Shown: piece after piece, positions 1 through 13,300 of the stretch
Layout of the letters: each line of letters starts with the position of its first letter
How positions within the stretch are numbered: position 1 is the first letter of the stretch
Origin: Chiloscyllium plagiosum
Taxonomy: Eukaryota
Reading direction: 5' to 3'
DNA: 64,000 nt
Assembly: GCF_004010195.1 (NCBI RefSeq)
Contig: NC_057718.1
Coordinates: 36,517,809 to 36,581,808, forward strand
The notes under the pieces: model-generated
Databases searched by the model: none
Seen by the model: the letters and a program-made list of their open reading frames with translations, nothing else
Told to the model about the DNA's origin: nothing
Translations under genes and position numbers: made by a program

Positions 1-695
1 CTATTGAGGGAGTGCAGCGTAGGTTCACGAGGTCAATTCCTGGAATGGTGGGACTACCTTACGCTGAAAGACTGGAGCAACTGGGCTTGTATGCCCTTGA
101 GTTTAGAAGACTGAGAGGGGATCTAATTGAGACATATAAGATCATTAAAGGATTGGACACTCTGGAGGCAGGAAACATGTTTCCACTGATGGGTGAGTGC
201 GGAACCAGAGGACACATCTTAAAAATACGGGGTAGACCATTTAGGACAGAGATGAGGAGAAACGTCTTCACCCAGAGAGTGGTGGCTGTGTGGAATGCTC
301 TGCCCAGAGGGCAGTGGAGGCCCAGTCTCTGGATTCATTTAAGAAAGAGTTGGATAGAGCTCTCAAGGATAGTGGAATCAAGGGTTATGGAGATAAGGCA
401 GGAACAGGATACTGATTAAGAATGATCAGCCATGTTCATATTGAATGGTGGTGCAGGCTCGAAGGGCAGAATGGCCTACTCCTGCACCTATTGTCTACGG
501 AGGCTTTGGAGAGGGTGCAGAAGAGGTTTACCATGATACTGTCTGGATTAGAGGGTATGAGGATAATGAGAGGCAAGAAAAATGTGAGTTGTTTTCTCTG
601 GAGCAGCAGAGGCTGAGGGGAGACTTGATAGAAGTTTATAAAATGAGGTGCATAGATAGAGTTGACAATCAGAATCCTTTTCCCCAGAATGTCTA
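1..695 (+). mobile_element. CR1-type LINE 3' end (1-497) abutting a second CR1 fragment
   Basis: ORF with ERL..LGL..LE.RRLRGDLIETYKI, typical of the CR1 ORF2 C-terminus; 3' UTR ends ...gaatggcctactcctgcacctattgtcta; a second RLRGDLIEVYK fragment follows. Confidence 0.9.
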
Positions 696-1859
696 ATACG
701 CTTTTGTTTAGGAGGGGTCATCACATCCGGAACAACACTGCGGCAGGTAGTGCGCTGTACAGTTCTACGCGCGTCTGTATGTGTGCGCATTTAGAGTAAG
801 TTTTACACAATCCAATTGAGACAAGCTGCGAATGCTGATGTCAGCAATGCAATGACAACTGCGATTGTTCGCCTGTCCAGGAGCCAGTTTGTGAACACAA
901 TACAGGAAGAGAAGTCTCCTGGAAAGAATAGATCGCTCTTTCTCGCCATGACATAACCAAAGCCTGCATGACAACTAGATATCCTTTTCCACTAGTTTCT
1001 ATAAGCTGTTGCTCTTAACTAGTGATTAAAACACTTCAAAATTAGTGTGCCAATCATCTGTGTTTCCTATAAACATAGTGAAAGAATCTGGGAATAAGAT
1101 GATTGGAGAACAGAAGGTTTTGAGGAAAAAAGTGAAACCCTCATTGAATCCTGGGGATTGGCACTACTGAACCATTTCTCCTCAGTATGCTTTCCTCCAC
1201 CGATAATGTTTAGGTTTGTTTGTTCTTCTGTGCCTGTTTGTGCAGAGGGTTAAGAAGGGAACTAAATAGTCAAATGATAATTAGTACAGTGATGTTGATA
1301 ACTCATTTTTGTTTGTCTGTAGTTAGAGTTTGTAATAAATAATAGTTTCGTGTTCAGTGTGTTTTGTTAAACTGACAAGCAAATTCGGAACTTTGAGTAC
1401 TTTGATTAAATCTATAACTTCTGTGACAGCCCTGGGAGTAGTGGGCTCTGACAATATCAAATGGCTTCTTTCAGTGTTGTAATGACTATAGCCCTATGAC
1501 TGAAACCTGAACATTCCTCTTGTAGTATGATGTTAAGCACTGAACATAGTCATTACAACACTGAAAGAAGCCATTTAGTTCATCAAGTCCAATTGGTCCT
1601 CTGTGCAGCAATATGGTCAGTCTCATCCCTTTCCTCTTTGCTTGTACAGCTGCAAATTGATTTCCTTCAAATGTCCATTAACTATCCTTTTCAAATCATT
1701 CTTTGCCATCACTTCAATCAGCATAACAGACAGCAAGTTCTAGGTATTCACTAATCAGTACATTAAAAACAAAGTTCCTCACATCGCACCTACAATTATT
1801 GCTTAAAATGATGAACCTGTGACACATACCATTAGCTAATGGAAAACAAAAACGCGGTT

Positions 1860-3153
1860 TTCAAGTTGCTATGACATAAGGGTGAACTCGCCAATTGGAT
1901 ACAAAATTGACTTTATGGTAGGAGACCGAGGACAGTGATGGAGCATTGTTTTTCAGACTGGAGGCCTGTGACCAATGGTGTTCCATAGGGATCGTTACTG
2001 GATCCACTTATGTTTGCCATTTGCATAAAAGATTTTGGATGAGAATATAGGAGGCATGGTTAGCAAGCTTGTGGATGACAACCAAATTGGTGATATAGTG
2101 GACAGTGAAGAAGGCTATCCAAGACTACAAAGAGATCTTGATCAACTGGATCTATAGGCTGAGGAGTGGCAGATTGGAGTTTCATTTATATAAATGAGAA
2201 GTACGGCATTTTGTTAAAATAAACATGGGCAGGACTTATACAATTAAAAGTAGGGCCACCTATCACTCTTATCTCCATCCACCTAATGCACTCTAGGCTA
2301 TCTTCTCCCCAGCCCCAGCCCCACCCTCCTCCCATTTATCTCTCCACCCCTGAGGCTCCCAGCCTCATCCCTGATGAAGGGGTCCTGCCCGAAACATCGA
2401 TTTTCCTGCTCCTCGGATGTTGCCTGACCTGCGGTACTTTTCCAGCATCACTCTAATCTTGACCCCAAGGTAATGCTGTAGAGCAGAGACCTTGGAGTTC
2501 GGGTACATAGTTCTTTGAAATTTGCATCACAAGTAGACAGGGTAGTTATGGCAACATTTAGTATGCTTGCCTTCATTGCTAAGACCTTTTTTAGTATAGG
2601 AGTTGGGACATCATATTGAGATTGTGCAGGACGTTGGTGAGGACACTTCTGGAGTAGCTTGTACAGTTCTAGTCACCCTGTTACAGGAAGGATATTAAGT
2701 GGAGGAGATTCAGAAAAAGTTTACCAGGATGTTGTCGGGAATGGAGGGCTTGAGTTATAAGAAGAGACTGGATAGGCTGGGACTTTTTTTGCTGGAGCAT
2801 AGGAGATTGAGGGGTGACCTTACAGTGGTTTATAAAAATCATGAGGTGTGTAGATAAAGTCCCTAAGGTGGAGGACTTCAAAACTAGGGAGCATGTTTTT
2901 AAGGAGAAAGATTTAAATATGACACAAGGAGCAAATTTTTATTTTAAAAAACATAGTGGCCAGTGCATGGAATGAACTGCCAGAGGAAGTGGCAGGTACA
3001 GTTACAATGTTCAAAAGATATTTGGAATAGTACATGAATAGGAAAGGTTTGGAGGGATATCGGCCAAATGTAGACAGGTGGGACCAGTTTAGTTTGGGAA
3101 CATGGTAGGAGTTAGTTGGACCGAAGGGTCTGTTGCCATGCTGTATGACTCTG
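1860..3153 (+). mobile_element. Degraded CR1-type LINE (RT to 3' tail), interrupted by a PLE tail
   Basis: FSDWRPVT.GVP.GS and CR1 C-terminal remnants; ends in ctgtatgactct tail. Confidence 0.85.
2257..2463 (+). mobile_element. Penelope-like element 3' tail with degenerate hammerhead motif, nested in CR1
   Basis: C-rich tract, then CTGATGAAGGGGTCCTGCCCGAAACATCG (2371-2399), then the same downstream tail as the 54792-55110 element. Confidence 0.75.
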
Positions 3154-4219
3154 TAAGCACTTTAAATGATTAAAAAGTGGGTCACAGGTAGACAGAAGCA
3201 GATTGTTTTCAGTTGTTGAGAGGTCTAACCTAACGGCCATTTAGATAAAATTAAATATACAAAATTTAGAGCAGAGGAAAACAAGTAGAATCAATTGCAA
3301 AGAATTGAAAGAATGAATAATTCACTTCCAGGGTTAGTGGTGGAGCCAGATACTATGTCAAGACTCAAGATTACTTTGGATAGGTAAATGAAGGGAAATG
3401 GGAACAGGCTTGGTAAATGTGATTCAGATCATTGGCTGAATGGACCAAATGGCATTCTTTCTTGAAACTATATACATTTAAAATCAATCCCTTAACTTTA
3501 CTTCCAGTTCCTGATTGATGTTTGCCACTGTTCATTGTAAACTTTAGGATATTTTAGTTGCATAAAATGGAGCAACATAACTGTAAGCAGTAATTATTGT
3601 CACAGTTTCAGGAGATTGAGGGGCAAACATTCAGGCAAAGTTGTGCAATCTGTAGACTGTTACTGCATACCATTTCAGATTAATTTTAAACTTGTGATTA
3701 CAAAATGCTGGTCTGCTTGTGTTTAAAATATTTGTAAATGGAGACAAGTGACATTTGTGAAATGTTAGAAATACTTTCAAATATATTTGCAACCATTTGA
3801 AACTTGGGAGTTTGGGATGGGTAACAACGTAAACAAAATGTGTGCCACTGAAATATGTTAGCTGCCACTACGTTGGCAGAGTTTAGTACAGACTGTACAT
3901 ACACAGTCTGAGAAATTTAGGATTCCCCACAGAATCAGAAGTTGTAGCAACCTTACAATTTGGCAGTAATAGCTCAGTGGTAATTTACAATGAATTGGTT
4001 CCTTGCCTGGGTTACTAAATAGGGCTAAGTACTCAAGTAACAATTTATAAATTCTGAGGTAGAAAGACTGTCATCATTAACATGCCCAATTTTGTTTAGT
4101 TGGATCACAGGCTGAAAGAAAATATATTATTCCAAAGAACAAAAACAATAACTACGAACATCATAAGATAACTGAAAAACATTATTTTCACTTTTGGGAA
4201 GAAATATCAGAATACTTAC

Positions 4220-4307
4220 AATATAGGATTTCATAGTCCCCTGAGTTAGACATTATGAAATTTGTATCTGGTGACCAGTCCAGGTGTGTAATATAACTGG
4301 AATGTCC
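4220..4307 (-). CDS. EML4: EML4 exon (exon 20 equivalent)
   Basis: ttcag|GGACAT...CTATATT|gtaagt; GHSSYITHLDWSPDTNFIMSNSGDYEILY; 88 nt. Confidence 0.96.
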
Positions 4308-7300
4308 CTGAAGAGGGGGAAGAAATAATAAAATTAATTTATAGATCGTATTCCAATAGCATTTTTAAATTGAGAAAAACAATTAGAAATGCAAGCGATA
4401 TCCACTTCAACTTCAAAATGCTGAGCCCATAATACATTTGAACTTTAACTTTCCCTGCTCATTTTAGTGTGAGAAATTAAATGTGGCAGCAAAAAAAAAA
4501 TGGTTAGGAGTTCTGATAGAACTGCTCACTTTGCATGGAGAAGTTATTTCTCCATTTGGGTGTCGGCTATGTAGGAAGCACCCACCCCAAGCAAACGACT
4601 GACTTAAAAGGACACTAGAAAATACATTTAATCTGGAAGCTATTGTCATTTTCTGACTGCTTTAATTATTTTTGTTTTTTTGGCACTAAGATTCTCAGTA
4701 GATTTTGTCCACATTGTTCAAATTTTCTTTTACTCTTTGCACCAATTCTAGTATCAATAAGTTTCACATGTCTGTGATGCTTGGAACAAAAGAAAGAGAC
4801 CCTAAGGAGGGATGTCAGACAGAGCTGATCGTGAAAGAAGTGACACAGACAAACTTGGTTTTGGCAGACAATAGTTGCAGTGCTTCTTCTTCACAAAAAG
4901 AAGCTAAGACAGTGCTATTAAAACATGACTGCGAGAAGAAGTGTGGTGTTATACATCAAACATTTTGTAGCAAGGTTTGAAAAGAACATCAGGGTGATCA
5001 GCAAGCAGTGCACCCTGATGTCAGAAGACTGACAATTGTAATGGTATCATTAGAATGGCACAGTGGCTCACTGCATTCATCACATGTTGTTTCATCTCTA
5101 TGTCAGGTTTAACTAGATTGAGATCATTTTCATGTTACTTTCCAGTATGCTACTTGCATTCCCTTTGTTTTTGCTAGTTACTTTTCTGTTCTTTCCTCTT
5201 GACTTCACCTGAGTCATAGGGGTTTTTGAATGGACATTATGAGCCTTTCAAAGAGCTTTAATAATTGTTGTTTCCTTATTTTAATATTCCCTGCTATCAA
5301 TTTTCCCCTAAAAATTCAGTAAGAGGTGATTAGTGGCTTCCATTCTCAGATTGCTTAAATGCACCACCTCAAATCTCCACCTGAAATAACAGACAAGCTG
5401 AACATAGTAAACTGGGTGCAACTTTCATTTGACTTTATCTAAAATTTTAATTAGCCATTTGCATTTAAACTGTGTCTACTTCTGAATCTCATTTCCCGCA
5501 AAATAAAATTGCCCAAATATAATGACATGAGAAGAGGGCTAGCTGCCTATTGAAAAGCATGTCTGCAATTCCCCAAACACTGGGAATCTCTTTACAAAAC
5601 ATCAGAATGAGCATAGGAAATATTTCTGCTTAAGACAAGGGACAGAAATCACACCTTCATTTCAAAATGTGTCTGCACACCATCTAAAGAATAGAACATT
5701 AAATAAAACCTGACATGCTTAATAAGTTCTTTCAAGGGAAAAAAAGGCTTCAGTTGCAGAAGAATTTTTATAGGCTTGCTTTGTTCTTTTTACAGACTGC
5801 TGTAAAATGCTAACTATTCATTTGAGAAAATCTGCCACATGCTTCAAGACAAACCTATTACACAAGATGAGCGAACCACGTCAATCTTTCCAAACAACAG
5901 CTTTAGCACAGTACAACTTATTTAGCTTGTAAATGGATACTCTATCAATGCTAAATTTCACCTGTATTACATTTTTGGGGTAACATGATTTTTCCTTAGC
6001 TGTAAAAGGGAAACTGAGGAACAATAAATGTACTTAAAAGAAACTAGTTTAAATACTGCAGGTAGGATCCAACCTGAAAGTAAAAGGATGTGAACTAGTT
6101 TAGGACTGCCAAGCAAAATAAAAATCATGATCTTGCAACATAAGCTTTTAAATATTAATCCTGTTGTGGTTCATATTTAATTGATACCACTGCTGCACCC
6201 ATTTCATTAATGATGTTCAAGGTGATTCATGACATAAGATAGGTATGTGAAGCCTAAATTCAGTGATACTGTACTTCTATTTAATGTAAGGAAAACCAAA
6301 TTGACCTGACTGATTCTTCTGCACGCAAATTTAAACAATTCATAAAGACACAACAATTAATCAGTCTTCAAGGTCTAGCATCTGTGCAGACCAGTCAGCA
6401 GTTGCACCAATATAATCTGAAGATTTACAGACTTTGAGAGCATCATGCTTTTCAAAATAACTGGAATGTATAAGCAGGTCAGTTTACATACTTTTACCAA
6501 TAAAACTTTAATAAACATTCACAATAAGTGAATGAGTAGTGACTAGAGATGGGCTTGTTGTGAGGTGGCAATGAGACTACTGAAAGCAGAATGAAGATTT
6601 TACATTACAAATAATCATCTGGTCATCTACTTATTTTTGCTGGCTTTCTTTGACTCACTGCAGCACTGATTCATTATAGATACATTATTAAATTTCAGCT
6701 ACTCTATATCAAATAATTATAATGCTGGGACATGATCACTAACTAACACAAGGTTCAGAATTGCTGGCACAGTAGAAATATGAGTTATAACTGAGAAGGT
6801 TCAGATACAAGATTCACCTTGCACTCTCCTGAAGTGCAAGATACTGGGTTGTTAGGACAGACCAAAAATACAATAAGAAAACCAAGGACTTGGAACAACC
6901 ATCTCTACTCCTAAACTTTTGCCTATTGCTGAGAACTCCTCTCCATCTTAATACTCATAGTTTTGATAATCTTTGTTACAGAAGAACAAGATGTAGTCAC
7001 AACTGAAATTTAGAGAACACAGATTCTAAGAGAGCAAAGCCTCAGGCCACTTTGTTGAAGAAGATTTTAATGACACAGATACCAAATCTAACTATTTCTC
7101 CAGTAGTGTTGAAGACACTCAACACATGGGTTACAGAGTCCATTCTTCATTTGACACATTGCCAAGGTCAAATCAAAATACATGACATCATTGGTTTCTC
7201 TGCTTTATGTTTTGTGTGCTGTGGACTTGCATGCTAATCACAGGCTATGTGGTAACTTCGTGATTATCAAATTAAAAAAGTAAAATCAGCAAAAATTGTA

Positions 7301-10300
7301 AATATATTATTCACAGAATATAACTGATTATTTGTCAGCCTGAATACTAACACAATATTTGCATGTTTTAACAAAAATGCCATTTATCTCAAAGTTGATA
7401 TGCAGATAGCTCAAATGATGAGCTGTTAGTAAAAATTATGACAAAGTTCCTCAGTTAATCAGACTTCACAGATCATTTTACATTTTTAATTTCCCTGCAA
7501 TCTAGAAGTTGAATTCCAAAAGTTAAATGTTTTTATACAATCATAAGCAGTTTATTTCCAGTCTGTGAGAAATTTGGCAGCTGTACAAAATTCCTTTGGC
7601 TGAAATTTGAGCTTTGAGAACAGGCGAGATTCTTCTTTAAGAAAGCCAGAGATTTAACCTTTGTGACTAATCATGCTTATTGAAAAAAGTATATTACCAA
7701 ATTATATTTACTGGGTATATAGAGGAGAAATCAAGATTTCTGAGTATCATATTCAAACAAAAATATATTTTTATAAAAAATTTAAGAACTTTGGACAACA
7801 CGATTGTGTTCAAGCACTGTCGAGCAGCAATCAATAAAATAAATACAATGAACAAACTAGTACAGTAGAGTATAAATTTGAGAAAATCTAGAACACGCTT
7901 TGAAGACTGATTTACTAAGCCTGTGGACTGAATTATGTTGAGATACTGAATACGTAGAGATACACATTACAACACATAGCATGAAGGTAAGTCTGGCAGG
8001 TTGTGCACCACTTAAAATTATGCTGGAAAAGAGGGTCCCGGGAACGCATGGGCATCACGCTTTGAAGGAGGCAGGATGTTTTGACAGAGGGCTTATGTAA
8101 TTTTGGGCTTCATAAAGAAAGAGACGGAGTACAAAAGCAGGACCCAACTAGATTACTGCATTCAGTTCTGGTCACCACTATTTGGTGCGACTTGAAGCAA
8201 TCACATGACCTCTGATGTAGTTATGTTGCACTGAGAGTCATGAAGGAAGCAGCTCAAAAGCCAGCACACGAAATGTGGACTCTGATAGCTGTAGACAGCA
8301 ATCTACTTTATGGAACAGCAAAGAATAATTAGAACTTCAGTCTGCAACTTTGCACTGCTGGGTGACTAAGTATGGCTTTGCATTTTTCACTCCTTGATCA
8401 GCTGGAGAGGAAAGGGCGCTGGAAATGGATCTTCTTCCAGTCTGAATGGCAAAATTAGCAGGTAACCACACAGTGTTAGACAGAAAAAACTGAAAAATTA
8501 GGAGTAGCAATTCTCATCAGTGCTGGGGAAAGGGGGTGACAAACTGTATTGTACCTTAGATCTCACAGAAGAACTGAAAAGCCAGATTGAAGAAATCTTG
8601 AAAGGCTTGTAACCCACTTTGAATTACCCACAAATGTTTTTTAAGAACAGTATTTTTGAACAACAGAATTCAAACTGAGTGGAGTCTGCAGACCCAGAAT
8701 ACTAATGAGTGCACAACTGCACTAAGATATTTAGCTCAATCTTGCAAGTTTGAGCAATACAGAGATGATCTCATTAGAGATCAGACTGTCTTACGTACAG
8801 AAGGTCATGCCATCACAGCATATCTGCTGACATAAGAAAAACCTACTTAAAAAGCTATAAATGTACAGATGCTCAGTCTGTCAATTATCAGCTAGACAGT
8901 ATTAATGGGAGAACGGATGAAGTTTGCATTGTGCTGAGACAAAGTCTTGGTATCACAAGTGTGTGACCACGGAGAAACGGAAGAAATATTTCCAGAAGGA
9001 TCAGCAGAAAGATCAAGGCCAGACTACAGAATGTAACTAATGTAGAGATCACCATGTAAATTAAAGGAAACATATTCAGCATGGGAAAGGCAATTCCAAG
9101 AAAGTGAACCACTTGCACTTCATGTGTTTTGCTGAAGATGGCTGCTGGAGAAATTTCAGATGATAATTCTGAAAAATCATGTCAAGTCATACCACACGTA
9201 GGAAATATTGGGCTGAAAGAGTCTATTGATAAATAGTTTCTGACTGTTAGACTGATAGCTACAGAAGGTGAAGACTGCGGTGCTACTTGCAACAGAATGT
9301 GCTTTTCAGACCTGTGTGAAATTGCTCAAGATGATGACCCAAAAATGAAACCATCATAGCTAACCAAGTTGAGAATTCAATGCAAAAGTAAGTAGGAGGA
9401 GACAATTCTAGATAATAATACTAATCAAAATCCATTCACCTCAGTTGAAGGAGTTCAAAGCTTGTACAGGGGAACCCCCACATCAGTGGTTTCGGTTTCT
9501 ATGGTCTTAAGTTATCCACGGTTTACCACAGCCCGAAAATATTACATAGAACATTCCAGAAATAATTCCAGGGGTCTGCTGGGGAAGTAAATTTCCCATT
9601 TAAATAATAGGATTTGCGACTATCCGCGGTATCTGTGATAGGTCTTGGAACGTACCACCTGCAGATATGGGGGACACCTGTACTAGTAACCCAACATGTA
9701 GTAGAAAAGGTGTGCAGCATTTTATAAGGCATAAAGCCATTTATTGTTAAACAGATCCAAAGACAAAATTACAAAGATGTATTCACATATTTTCATGATG
9801 ATTGCCATCCTGAAGTAGATGAAAGTGGAAGACCAATTCAGCATAGGAACAAAAGAACGTAAGAGACAGGAGCAGAAGCAGGCAATTTGGTCCATTGAAC
9901 TGCTCCACCATTCAATAAGGTCATGGCTGAACTTTTCATTGACTCAACTCCACTTACCCACCCAATCACTATAACCCTTAATTCCTTTGCTGTTCAAAAA
10001 TCTAGAGATGACTGCAGGGAGATTTGACAGAAGTCTGCAAGGTTATACAGATTTACGTAAGGTAAACAAATAAAAGCTGTTCCTATTTGCTAATTATGGA
10101 ACAATAGGATGCAAATGAAGTCTCTGGGCACAAATGCAGGGGAGAATGTGAGTAACATTTTTTTAAAAAATGCAGTTTGAAGTAATGACCTGGAACATGG
10201 TAGAAGCAGAGATGATCAATGATTTCTAAAGGAAATTTGACAGGCACTTGAGGAAAATAAATCTTTAGCGGTCTGAGGCTCAGGTAGCAGAGCGAGGCTG

Positions 10301-13300
10301 ACTGGACTGTTCCTTGTAGAACTGGCATGGAGTGGACATACCAACTTGCTTCCCTCTGTGCCATGACTCTATGGAACTTAGCATACTTCAAAAGGACAGA
10401 CAGTTTGGTAGAAAGGGACATTATTTGGCAGATAAAATTTAAAGAGGAAACCAAATTGATATATTAGGGATAACAAGAAGAATGAATATAATCCTAAAGT
10501 TGCACGGGATAAAAGAGGAGATCAGGGATAGTAAGCACACATCTCATTGGAAGTTGGTAGGTCAGAATGTGAAAACGGTTAGAAGTTTTTTTTTAATGGG
10601 TAAAGAGTAGATGTGAAAGCAAGTTAGTTACGATAAACTTTCACAAAGCCGAGGTTTAGTCTCAACCAAAGTTGAGTGTGCGCAATTCTGGCATCACACT
10701 TTTTTAAAAAAACTGAAGGCTTTACAGAAGGTGCAGAAAACATTTTTTTGGGGGGTGGGGAAAGAGGGGAGAGGGAAAATATCGAGAGGAAGTTTGATAG
10801 AGGAGCTCAACATCATGAGGTGTATAGACAAAGCAGATGGAGAAGCTGTTCCCATTGACACAATGGTTGAGAACTTGAGGACACACATTTAGTGATTGGC
10901 AAAGAATCAAACAGAAAGAAAATTTTTTACACAGCAAGTGGTTAAGACTTGGAATGAAGTGTTTGAAGTAATGAAGGTGGTAGAATCAATACTGGATTTT
11001 AAAAAGCTGGCAAATATGCCCTAGGTAAGAAAGAAAATTGCAGGGCTACATGAAAAAAGGGTAAAGGACTGGGACTAACTAAATTTAATTGCAGAGATAC
11101 TTGAAGGATGCCAATTGGCCATCTTCTGTACTGTAACTATTCTATGTTACTAATGACAAAAGTTTATATCTTAAGTTACAACTATTAACTGTTGCGGGAA
11201 AACCCTTTAAAATTAATTCAGGGAAATGATTGACATTACCACCTCTCAATCTTTGTAATAAAATGATGAGGACTCAGAAAACAGGTTTGTCATAGTATTT
11301 CAGAAATAGCCAAATCGGGACCAAAAAATGCTATCAAGGAAAACAGACATTAAAACAAGCCAACCAAAGATTCTAGTACCTAATCATGAAGAACAGACCC
11401 TGAATCAAAATCAGGTGAAGCACACTGCTCCAGCAAAAATATAAATATCTTTTCCCTAGCTGAACAGAATGGAAAATTACTGAAGAAAGCAAGAGAAAGA
11501 TGGACAACATTCTGGGTAGATATTAATCATGCATTAAATAAAGGACCCAGAATATAATGGGGTACCATGGTTTTAAAAGAAACTTTATAGGACATCTGGG
11601 AACACATCTGGGAACTCTCAACTGTAGACAAAAGAAAATCCAACTAATTGAGAGGATATCTTGGGCGGGGTGGAGGGGGAAGAGGAGAGTCCAATTAATC
11701 ATTGGTTGGAGAATCTGCTCTTCACGAACTAGCCATATCTATCGTGTTTGTTTGAGCATAGGTGCCAAAATAATTGAGGTAGATATTGGCAAGAGTTTAC
11801 TCACTGTAAGTAACATATCAATGAAGTACTGACATTTTTACAGGAAGTATGCTCTTTTCACAAACTGTTCAATCTAAATATTTTCTGAAATCATTTCACA
11901 TCTTTGCCAATTTTAAATCTGTAATCCTGTGTGTAACACGTTAAAACATGTTAAACTAATCCCATTAAGCACAACAATTTGAGCAAGTCATTAATTTGTC
12001 CTTATAATTCATGGGTTATTGAAACAATAGAATGAAGCATTTCAAAACAAAAAAGAAAATTGCTATGTAGCAAATAAAGAAAACAAAAGGCTTGTGCTAG
12101 AATCTGCATAACATTTTATACTTGAGACATTCCTGTAGGTTGTAGTTTAACTGTATTGACTCAGCATATCTTCACTTCCAAAGCAAAATCATGAAAATCA
12201 AAGAATGACTTATTACACAAACGAGCCAAGTTTATATGCATGTTAATGCTCAAAATACATGCAAAATTTGACAGTATAACACATTAATCTGAAAATCAAA
12301 ATTGTAGAATTCAAATACTTATGTAGTTTGTAAAATATTCATAAATGCTATATTAGCACATGATTTAGAATCCCTATTGCTGAGTCTGTGTAAAGCTAAT
12401 ATTTGGCAATTTCTTGTTTCTATGTCAGACTTGACTTTTTATTTTGGTCTTAAAATATTTTTTCAGACTCTAAGCAAGGACTAAATAATGATGAAATGTA
12501 CTCAGGACAACATCTTTGATCAGAATGTCCTCGGATCAAGTATGAAGATTTTGATTTGCTGTTGTCACATGTATCGACACAGTGGAAAAAAAAAGTGTTG
12601 CTTTGTGTGCTATGCAGACAGATTGTACCATGCAAAGTACATCAAGGTAGCAGAATAGAGTTCAAGATCAAAATTAACATTTGAGAGGTCCATTCAAGAA
12701 TCTGATAACAGCAGGGAAGAAGCTATTCTTGAATCTGTTTGTACATATATTCAAACTTTTATGTCTTTGCCCCATAGAAGAGGGTGGAAGAGAGTGTAAC
12801 TGGGGTGGAAGGGGTCTTTGATTAACTTTGTTGCTTTCCCGAGGCAGCAGGAAGTATAGATGGAGTCAATGGATGGGAAGCTGGTTTGTGTGATGGACTG
12901 GGCTGTGTCCACAACTCTGTAGTTCTTGCCACCTTGGGAATAGCAGTTGCCAGATAGGATGCTTTCTGTGGTACATCTATAAAAAGGTATTAGGTCAGGT
13001 GCTAGGGCATGAGCTGTACTTAGTGAGCTAGATACCTATGGAGGAAATACTTGGATGAGAGTGATTTTTACGATGTATTGTTTTGATTAGTAACAGAGAA
13101 GTGCAATGAACAATCCAATTTTGGCCAGAGAACACTATGGTGTGTTAAAATGGCAGGTAACCAGCAACTCAGGGTCATTTTTGAGGATAAAATGTAGGTG
13201 TTCCATAAAGCGGTCACCCAGTTTTGCGCTTCGTCTCCCCAATGTACAAGAGATTACATCATAAGCAGCCAATACAAAACATTAGATTGAGTGAAGTGCA

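Noticed and set aside
700..1485. Possible LTR-like insertion (also 62500-63580)
   Set aside because: Composition is suggestive but I could not define termini or a TSD.
1..4219. Next EML4 exon (exon 21 equivalent)
   Set aside because: No matching peptide found by eye; it is presumably beyond the window start.
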